Assembly: GCA_046563655.1 (NCBI GenBank)
Contig: JAJCTO010000011.1
Span: forward strand, 744,001-808,000
DNA from: Yuukianura sp. NJ FZ-2021
Lineage: Eukaryota
Length of the DNA: 64,000 nucleotides
Direction: 5' to 3'
Below, one piece after another: positions 13,023 through 21,986 of the stretch (positions within the stretch are counted from its first letter, which is position 1; every line of letters starts with the position of its first letter). The notes below the pieces were generated by a model, which had not been told where the DNA came from, did not search any database, and worked only from the letters and a program-made list of their open reading frames with translations. The position numbers and the translations under genes were made by a program.

Positions 13023-14136
13023 AGCTAATGGGAGTGGTAGAGGAACGTCGGCTTTTTCAAAATGGCGGCCGTCCTTATCAGCTATTGCATCTGCATAAGA
13101 CGTTTTTTGCTCATGCGCAAAAACGTTTTGCATATGACGTCATGGCCCCCCCCTTCCGCACCCCCCATACCCCCCACTATATATCCCTCCCCCTATATCC
13201 ACCCCCCCCCCACGTGACCTCCAAGTCACGTGCCCCCCTCCCCAAACCACAAAATTGAAATTTATTTTAAAAAAAATTATTTACAAAAAAACAATTTTTG
13301 AAGAAAAAATCAATTTTTGAAAAAACTCATTTTTTGAGAAAAAAAAAATTCCTGAAATTTGGAAATTGGAAAATGTTTTGAAACTTGGAAATTGAAATCA
13401 AAAGTGAAGGTAAATTTCCCCAGATTACCCCAACTTGAAATGTCAAGGTCACGCCAATTTTTTCAAGGTCATTCCAATTTTTTTTTTCAGGGTCATGCGC
13501 GCCCTTTGCATTGGCATATGAATTTGCGTCAGGTCATGCGCGCCCATTTGCAATTTCATGTAAATCGTTCAAAGTCATTTCTCTCAAGGTCAATCGAGCA
13601 TTTTGAAATTGTCAAGTCCCGGGAGCCCTTTTCTGGGTTCCCGGGACCAAGGGGATCAAGTATGGTGCATGGGCGGTACATTCGGCTGGTCAGAGGATTA
13701 GTGGGGTGCCACTCGGCCACTGCCAAAGCAAACCGCAAACCACTTCCGGCCAACCTGCCCGTGCAAATGCACGTACAATTCCATTTCAATTTTCACTTAC
13801 ATTTGCTAAAAACATCAAGGTAAAAGGTCAAATGGAATTGTCACCAGGCTCGGGGGCGTGGCTAGCCGCCCGACTTTTTGTCCAATCAACGCTGAGCATT
13901 TCAAAAGGAGGCGTGGCTCGAGGAAATGGAGACATTTCATTGGTCGAGACCTGGCAATACAGCCGGGGGTGTGTCTAACTCTGGCCAGTGTGCGTTTACC
14001 ATTTCAAAAAGGGGCGTGGCCTCAGAAAATGGAGACATTTGATTGGTCGACAAAACTTGCAATACATTGGGCCCGCCATCAAGCCATAGTGTTGTCATTT
14101 CCTGCTTAAACTCAGACAAGTCGCCCGGGCGGACTG
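13023..14136 (+). repeat. Left terminal inverted repeat of the Polinton-type element
   Basis: Reverse complement of 19627-20779 with substitutions and indels; mirrored spurious ORFs in the track. Confidence 0.95.
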
Positions 14137-14535
14137 GTCAGAGCCTCCACTTCGATTACATCTGATGGTAGGATCCGTGAGTTCGATTCAATCTGCCCCC
14201 AAATAATATTTATGTTGTTCAAGCGTTTACGGAAGAATATAAACGCAGGCTTGGCGTTTGTCACTGGCATGCCCGAGTTACTTACGCTTACAACACTATG
14301 CTAAATTATATTACGGAAACGTGTTTGTAGAAACGCGTACGGCATAAACCTGACTTTGAACAACCGTATCAAGCATAACAGGCAATTTGTGCCACCACCA
14401 ACAGCTTTGCAGAAAACCAAAAACTGAATACAGATTTTGTTTCTTGTTTTCTTTTTGTCCTTTTTTTTCGCTTTTTTTTGTTTTTTTTTGGTTTTATGTT
14501 TTTTTGTTGTTTTTTTTTCGTTTTTTTCTTCGTTT

Positions 14536-15469
14536 TAGTCTTCTGGAGACGCACGTCTACGACGTGCTGAAGAAGACTATTGATACGACTTTTCTGTCTG
14601 TCTGTCCGTGTGTCCTGTTTTTTAGTACCCTTTCCGCTGAAACATAAGCCCCATCGCAGTCGGGGGGTTATGTGTGGCTCAAGTGTTTTTAGTAGGTCTA
14701 CATTGCACTCAAAGTGCTAGCTTAACAACGTCAAAGTATGCGGCTGCATCGCGTTGTTGTTTCTTAAGACCTCAAAATTTTTGTATTAGGTCTGCATTGT
14801 ACTCAAAATATTTTTAAGCAACGAAGTTTTGATCTTCTCATTTTCTGACATTATATTTAGTTACGTTGTTAAATTAAGACTGATTAGAAGGTAGAAAATC
14901 CGGCTTAAATTCGTAACATGTAAACAGTGCATGGCAGGGTTAAAATTTGCTTTTGCAAGAAAAATTTATAATTTTGATTTTAAAGAAACGATATTCGACC
15001 CTTACCCCACAACGTACAATTTTGTGCATGATGCACACAATTGAAGGTTTGTGCAGGTTTGAGAACTACCTTGAGCATCAAAACAATTAACAACATTTTG
15101 ATGCAGTTAAATTAACGCTGGTCGCTAATAATACATTGCCGTGGCAACATCGATAATACATTGTGTGTATCTTGCTCAACAAATTAACATCAATTCAGTG
15201 CAGATATTGTGGGCCTCAAAACTGAAACATGATTTTGGCGCAACTATAACTGTAAAATTTCCAAAACAATTTTAGTGCATCTCATGCACAAAATAGAATC
15301 CCACATTCGCACGAAAAAAATTGTAGCGACGATTTAGAGCATCAATTCCATGAAAACGGTTCCTCAGTTCGTCCACAGTTCTGCGGTAGGCCGGTGGCAC
15401 TGTCGTATCAATTGTCAACTCCCTCCAGAAGACCTATGCTCAACCCTTGAGCATCGCCCTACCTTGTTT
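14536..15469 (+). mobile_element. HINE/DINE-1-like element inserted in the Polinton-type element
   Basis: TAGTCTTCTGGAG...GAAGAAGACTA, TCTGTCTGTCTGTCC, end CTCCAGAAGACCTATGCTCAACCCTTGAGCATCGCCCTACCTTGTTT; T-rich flanks. Confidence 0.9.
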
Positions 15470-15595
15470 ACTTTTATTTATAAAAGACACAATGTTTTTT
15501 TTAACGAGGAGATTAGTTTATTTTTGAAATTGTGAAAAATTTACAAGAAAAAAGACTTGAGACAGGGCTAATGAAGATTAAAAATAAAGTTATTT

Positions 15596-16909
15596 TTAAA
15601 AGAATATTTTTTTGTTGGATGCAAGTCCAGTAATTCTATTTCCATCAATTTGTAAAGTTTCGTCTTTGATTCCGACGATGAGAACCACCAAATCCTTGTT
15701 CGTCGGGGTTTCAAAATCAATTTCCAATCCGTATTGTCCAGATCTGGTCGCATTGTATCCGTCAGTCCACAAATCCTGGGCGTCAAATGCAAAGATTGCA
15801 TTTCCGTTTACAAACTTGTCGTAGGAAATGTCATTTCCTTCACTCTGACGAGAAACCAACTTGCACAAATTGTGATAGGCAAGCATGTAATTTTTGTCTT
15901 TGAAAATCATTTCTTGATAGACCAACGGTTTTTGCTCAAATTTTAGCAACAGACGGCTAACACCATGGGGTTTAAAGTTGAATGGTGACTTTTCAACTTT
16001 TTTCCCTTCGTAAACTTCTAGTTCCAAAATGCCAACTAAAAGAAGTTTTGGGTGCATAGTACTGTGGTAGGCATCTGTTAAATCAACCGAACTGAGATTT
16101 TTCGACACATATTCTAAACGCATGTGGGCCTGATCGTATGAATAGTTGGCCACTTTGTTTTTTGCAAACCCTTACCGGATCTGAGTCACTATTTTTTCGC
16201 TGGGATTCACTTGGCGAATATAATACTCGGCCGATTCCACTGTAATTTTGTATTTGGTAGTTGTTGCCGGACCTCGCAAGCAAAATGATGCATCACTCTT
16301 TTTAATTTCAAAATAGAATTGAGTGTTGTGCGGGAATAGCTTCTTGGTAGTGAATAGGCCGACAAACGGGCGCCCAATCATTTCAAACGTTTGACTATTT
16401 TTTGCCAAGTTTAATCGCGCCTTGTAACTCGGGTTTGTGTCGTCGTGGGTGTCCATGACATCTCCGGCATAATAACCCACTTTTGACAATGTGCTGCATT
16501 TGGTTCCAATGCCGTTAAAGAGTTGAGTGAGCATCCAGGCTTCATACGAGTATGCTCGGTATCCTTGAGCAACTACTTGGCAATTGTTGACCAAAACTTT
16601 GAAGTCGTCAATGAACGCATGAAAAAATAAATTTTCTGGCGCAATTTGGTCTGCATCGGTGAGCAGAGTTCCATCACTTTTTTTAATTGAAAACACTAGT
16701 TTTAAAAAAGAATCGGACAGGTCCAAGTAACCATGCGCTGGCTGTTCCACTCGAAAGTAGATTGGATTAGGGTCTGTCGATGGTGAAAAGGGTTTCACTA
16801 CTAGATAATTGCCCAAAATGAACGACACATCCGTGGTTGGCTTTGAAAACAAGTCAAATTTGGCACTTGTGGTGACCAATTTCGAATTCACTGGCACATT
16901 AACCTCCAT
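15596..16909 (-). pseudogene. Polinton/Maverick double-jelly-roll major capsid protein (PY/hexon-like), one in-frame stop
   Basis: FDLFSKPTT, PIYF, YLDLSDSFL, PENLFFHAF, YSYEAW, FEMIGR, SPFNFK, YHNL, GNDISY..F..GNAIFAFD. ORFs 16172..16969 and 15596..16153 are the same frame, separated by TAA at 16174-16172. ATG at 16909 in AAAATGG context. Confidence 0.88.
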
Positions 16910-17029
16910 TTTAGCACAAAAACACGCACGAGATGTTGCTCTGACGACTACCAATTGACGACTGAGCACTACTTTCCCGGGTTAACGTGTAAATTTTGGG
17001 GTAGCACTGAGCACTAGACACGTGTTTAC

Positions 17030-17088
17030 TCGTCGCAAGTCAGACGTAGATTGACTAATGGTTGTGAAATAGGCTCCCTTTTATAGCT
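17030..17088 (-). promoter_or_regulatory. Putative MCP core promoter (TATA + Inr)
   Basis: Minus strand TATAAAAGG, then TTAGTC and ACGTCTGACTTGCGAC; same layout at 17573-17628. Confidence 0.6.
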
Positions 17089-17461
17089 TTTTGGGCCAAA
17101 TTTTTCAATTTTGCAACAATTTTACGCCTTTTTCGCCCTGTTTTGGCAGATTTTTCTGGTTTTCTGCTATTGTCTTTAGAAACTTGCATTTTTCTGCAAT
17201 TGTTGCAAAGATTTTCGTCTGAATCTGTACTGCTGGACCCATTTTTTGGTAAATTTTGCTTCAAATTTGACACTTTTTTGGGCCGCGATCGCTTTCTGAC
17301 CTTCTTTTGGGCAATTCCGCGGACATTTTTTGAACAATAGCGGGCGATGATATCGTTTTTGTGGCTAAACTTGCATTGTTGCACTTGTTTTCGCCATTTT
17401 CTGGCGTCAAACTGTCACTATTGTTGCTAAAATCAGAGTTTCCTGGTTCGTCAACTTCCAT
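17055..17461 (-). pseudogene. Small K/R/S-rich gene between penton and MCP, probably frameshifted; candidate core/DNA-binding protein
   Basis: ATG at 17461 in AAAATGG context with its own TATA/Inr; overlapping basic ORF 17055..17384 (RKRSRPKK, GRKRRK). Function is inference. Confidence 0.45.
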
Positions 17462-17572
17462 TTTTACACAAAAAATGCACTAGATGTTGCTTCTACGAGC
17501 GCAAAACTGATGACGTTTTTAAAGGTTTTTGGGTAAACTTTTGCACTGTTTTGTACTGTTTTCGTGTTGCTT

Positions 17573-17628
17573 GGTCGCAAGTCAGACGTCAACTGACCAG
17601 ATTTTGCCTTTTGTGACCTTTTATAACT
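17573..17628 (-). promoter_or_regulatory. Putative core promoter of the small basic gene
   Basis: Minus strand TATAAAAGG, then TCAGTT (arthropod Inr) and ACGTCTGACTTGCGAC. Confidence 0.6.
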
Positions 17629-17642
17629 GATCTTTGAAGAAT

Positions 17643-19373
17643 TTAGGCGGCTTTTCTGACGTGAAGTTCAAGTTGTGTTGGGCTGTGTGCTTCCGGAATT
17701 GGTGCCAGGCGTTCGTCCAAAAGTTGAACGTAAATGGAAATGATCATAGACTGCCTTTTTACCGCAAAATAACGCAGCACATTGACTTGCAAGTCTACTG
17801 GTTTGCCATCCTGGTCGCATTGGCGGAAAATTCCAATCAATGGCAGGACCTTTTCTCCAAACTGTGTATAGTTGGCTACATCGCACACGCCAAGGAGATG
17901 TTTTGACGTCACTCCAAGGTCAATTTCGGCCTTGGCTGGATTCGTTTGGCTAAATCCTTTGATTGTGGCTCCCAGTGGCAGTCCAAATATTTGGTCCAAA
18001 AGCGGTGAGAGGGTGGTAATGTAATTGTGTGCAGATTCTCGAGTGTATTTGAGTACAGTCTCTTCCTCAGAGTACTTGAATGTAATTTGGAATTGAGCCA
18101 AGGCGGCGTTCATGGCTTGAATCAGTCCCTCTACCTTCTTTTCTTTGGGTTCAATTACGGTTGCCAAGTTGACCTTGTCTTGGAAAATGTGGAGCGTCAT
18201 GTTAATTGTTGGATCAATGGCGTCAAAAACAGCTTCGGAATATTCGTCACTCCATTTGGGAACGTGTTGGTATCAAAGCCAAAGGCTCGAGCATACTCGG
18301 CCGTAATGGTAACCACGTGGTCCTTTTCGTCGTTGGTAAGTAAAAAGACTTACCAACGACGAAAGGGACCACGTGGTTACCATTACGGCCGAGTATGCTC
18401 GGCCGTAATGGTAACCACGTGGTTACCTAGGTTCTATTAATAGGGGCGAGTTGGCTCAGTGGTTAAGCCATCAATGCTTTTCCACTGGCCGGCCTGGGTT
18501 CGCACCCAGTCAGCGGGAGAGGAAAAAAGAAGTCGAGGCCGTGGGTCCTCCCTGTCCCGAAGCAGGGAGGCAAGTGCTGGACTTCTGCCTTTCCTGCGGC
18601 TGCTGTGTGGACACCCCAAGATAAAGGAGAGTGTCGGGGGCACCGCATCTACAAGAACTGCCTGCTGTGGTCACAGTACCAAGCTGACCTTGAGTCAGAG
18701 GTCTGTGATCATCGTAACGAGCAGGTAAGAGCTTCGCAGATGTTGGTGTTTACTGATTACTACTCCTTGAACCAGTCCATTAAGCAAAAAAATACTCATT
18801 CAATCTGATTTGTTTATCGAAATACGGACGACCTCCGTAAGGTGATAACATTCAGATTATCATAATGTGTGTTTGCTCAGAAAGGACAAAAAAATAACGC
18901 TGTTTCTAAAGGGGTTATGTTGAAATATTCCATATAAGCGAATGCTCAGCGTGAGTCAGTCACCTAAATATAGGTGACTGCTCCCCCCAATAAACATATA
19001 TACATATAAGTAAAAAGACCTTGTTTGTGTATGAAATGACAATTTTTCGGTCCAATTTTTTCAATTCCTTGTTGACATGACTGAAAAACTTTATAATTCC
19101 ATCCATTTTTGGGATTGTCACTGTCACCTCGAGGTGCTCGGTGACATTTATGACATCATCGCCCACACTGTGGCCAAAAATGTTACGCTGAGGCTTGGGC
19201 GCTGGAGTATAGTACATTCCAACAATGGCAACCTCCAGTTGTTGTGCCAAGCCATCGAGGAGTGGATCCAAGTTGGCACGAAACTCGTTTGGCTTATTGC
19301 CAAGGTAAAAGCTACTGTTCAAAGCACTATCAAGAATAATGTACCGCGAACTGGGTTTAACAATGACGGCCAT
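17643..19373 (-). pseudogene. Polinton minor capsid protein (penton/PX), interrupted by a SINE and a 1-nt frameshift
   Basis: N-term YIILDS..NSSFY.GNKPNEF..NL...LEVAIVGMYY; C-term VCDV....FGEK.LPLI...YFAV...IYVQLLDE...LELHVR. Removing 18350-19019 joins SYTNKVFLL to TNDEKDHVVTITAEYARAFGF. Confidence 0.82.
18350..19006 (+). mobile_element. tRNA-derived SINE with 13-bp TSD inside the penton gene
   Basis: Head at ~18443 with A box TGGCTCAGTGG and B box GGTTCGCACCC; 3' stem-loop CAGTCACCTA-AATA-TAGGTGACTG; TSD TAAGTAAAAAGAC at 18337-18349 and 19007-19019. Confidence 0.8.
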
Positions 19374-19461
19374 GGTTGACGCTGAGTTGGACAAATACAA
19401 ATTAACACTTTCACTTGAACTTTTTTAGGAGAAGGTAATGTTATCGACGCAGAAGCTAGTG

Positions 19462-19503
19462 AAACACTGAGCCGTTTGGGGCAACTTGACGGTCTTATAT
19501 AGG
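19462..19503 (-). promoter_or_regulatory. Putative penton core promoter
   Basis: Minus strand CTATATAAG followed ~30 bp later by TCAGT, ~95 bp before the ATG at 19373. Confidence 0.55.
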
Positions 19504-19626
19504 CACAACCAAGGACGTCACCGTAAAAAACAGCAAAAAAAAATGCAGGGGTCGCGTGGCAAGGTGTGCCGACGGCGCAGTCGCAATCTAACTTCCGACA
19601 CGTAAACTTGCCATTTTGTGTATCAA

Positions 19627-20779
19627 CAGTCCGCCCGGGCGACTTGTCTGAGTTTAAGCAGGAAATGACAACACTATGGCTTGATGGCGGGGCCAATGTA
19701 TTGCAAGTTTTGTCGACCAATCAAATGTCTCCATTTTCTGAGGCCACGCCCCTTTTTGAAATGGTAAACGCACACTGGCCAGAGCTAGCCACGCCCCCGA
19801 GTGTAGCGGCAAGTCTCGACCAATCAAATGCCACCATTTCCTAAAGCCACGCCCCCTTTTCAAATGTAAACACTCAATGGCCAGAGTTAGACACACCCCC
19901 GGCTGTATTGCCAGGTCTCGACCAATGAAATGTCTCCATTTCCTCGAGCCACGCCTCCTTTTGAAATGCTCAACGTTGATTGGCTCAAGAGTAGGGCGGC
20001 TAGCCTCGCCCCCGAGCCTGGTGACAATTCCATTTGACCTTTGACCTTGATGTTTTTAGCAAATGTAAGTGAAAATTGAAATGGAATTGTACGTGCATAT
20101 GCACGGGCAGGTTCGCCGGAAGTGGTTTGCGGTTTGTTTTGGCAGTGGCCGAGTGGCGCCCCACTAATCCTCTGACCAGCCGAAAATACTGTCCATGCAC
20201 CATACTTGATCTTCCTGGTCCCGGGATCCCAGAAAAGGGCTCCCGGGACTTGACAATTTCAAAATGCTCGCTTGACTTTGAAAAAAAAATTGAAATGACC
20301 TTGAACAATTTACATGAAATTGCAAATGGGCGCGCATGACCTGACGCAAATTCATATGCCAATGCAAAGGGCGCGCGTGACCTTGAAAAATTTGGCGTGA
20401 CCTTGAAATTTGGGGTTGGGGTATGCTGGAGAAATTTACTTTCACTTTTGATTTCAATTTCCAAGTTTCAAAACATTTTGCAATTTCTAAATTTCAGGAA
20501 AAAAAATTTTTTCAAAAAACGATTTTTTTTCAAAATTCAAAAATTTCATTTTTTTTAGAGAAAATGATTTTTTAAAAAATGTGGTTTGGGGGAGGGGGGC
20601 ACGTGACTTGGGGGTCACGTGGGGGGGGATATAGGGGGAGGGATATATAGTGGGGGGTATGGGGGTGCGGAAGTGGGTGATGACGTCATCATCGTAACGT
20701 TTTGTGCGCATTTGCAATTGCAGATAAGGATGGCCGCCATTTTGAAAAAGCCGACGTTCCTCTACCACTCCCATTAGCT
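19627..20779 (-). repeat. Right terminal inverted repeat of the Polinton-type element
   Basis: Mirror of 13023-14136 with extra copies of the internal GC-box sub-repeat. Confidence 0.95.
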
Positions 20780-20786
20780 GACATTG

Positions 20787-21060
20787 AAATGGTCTAGGTC
20801 AGCGTAGGAATGTCGTACAGTGACCCACAATATATCAAACTTTAGGAAAAGACTTGATCTAGTACCCTGTCGGAGAAAACTACAAAATTTTAGTTCTATC
20901 TATGTAAATATGGAGGTGGGATGTTTGGGTTAATTTTTTTCAAGGTTAGAACTAAAATTGTGTAATTTTTCTCCGACAGGGTACTAGATCAAGTCTTTTC
21001 CTAAAGTTTGATATATTTTGGTTCATTGTATGACCTTCCTACGCTGATCCAGACCATTTT
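20787..21060. mobile_element. MITE with ~110-bp TIRs
   Basis: ATATCAAACTTTAGGAAAAGACTTGATCTAGTACCCTGTCGGAGAAAA and its exact reverse complement ~100 bp downstream. Confidence 0.85.
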
Positions 21061-21986
21061 CCATTTGATGAGCTACAGCCGCATTTTGACCCCCCGTTTC
21101 CACGGTGTTCGCACACCTTAAGTATTAAAAATTTTGAAAAAGCCAAAAAAAACAAATTTTTTTTTTGAAAAGTCGCGTTCTTGAATTGAAGCAGTATTGA
21201 ACGATAGACCATTGACGTTTCTTGAATCCATTTAATAAATCCAGATTAGCCTTGCGGATCAGAAATCCTTGTTTTCGTTTACACTTCTTGAGCACAAAAT
21301 CTCGTGTATGGAATTTAGTATAAAAATTTCAGATCTCTTGACAATTTCAAATCTGTCTGCTTAAAATTAAACACCAGACGCTTCCCGTTACCACAATTTG
21401 AACAAAAATAGCACAAAAATACTCTTAAGAGAGACTGAAAATTGTCCATAATTTCCTCTTAATTATTATCTGATATGCCACAATTCATAGCAACAAGCCA
21501 CTAACTTATATTACTTACTGACTGTTACAAATTACGCCACATTTCCCTTATTCCCAATTTGAAAACAGTGGGACCTACTGCATAAGCTTGTGACGTTTAG
21601 CATTAACAAGTCCACTTACTAAGGTCGTTTGAGCTAACTTAGAATAAATTATCGATCATACCCTTATCGGAAGTGCCCTAGTAAGCTTCTGTTCTCAAAA
21701 CAGTATTAGTACAAGACTAGATTTGTAATTAAGAAGTCACGCGTCGACACTTCGAAGTGCGCTCATGAGACTGCGCACAACGTCTAAACAATTTAAAGCA
21801 CTACGATTGTCCCTGCCCACGAGTCACAATTTGATGAATCACAACATTGGGACAAGTTGTCACACAACTGAAGGTAAAATTAACACAAGTTTGTAAGAGT
21901 ATTGTATCACATTGCTAAAAAGTTCGTTTCTGGAATCCCAAGTCGGTGAGATTTCGCCTCTGCAGGTTCACTAATTTCTTCTAATT

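Larger units (their letters stand above)
13023..20779 (-). mobile_element. Maverick/Polinton-type element carrying only capsid-module genes
   Basis: Ends AGCTAATGGG...CCCATTAGCT; 6-bp TSD GACATT at 13017-13022 and 20780-20785; ~1.1-kb TIRs; MCP and penton homologues inside. Confidence 0.93.

Noticed and set aside
13028..14119. ORFs within the TIRs, mirrored at 19566-20774
   Set aside because: They differ by frameshifts between the two TIRs and show no recognisable domain; by-products of the repeat.
14137..14200. Pol III (VA-RNA-like) gene from B-box-like GAGTTCGATTC
   Set aside because: No convincing A box, cloverleaf or nearby terminator.
16152..16175. Intron removing the MCP stop (GTAAG...AG)
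   Set aside because: It would be only 23 nt and would shift the frame; the two ORFs are already in frame.
18288..18427. Parvovirus/densovirus-like terminal hairpin
   Set aside because: One arm is penton coding sequence and the other lies within a SINE TSD; no NS1 or VP gene nearby.
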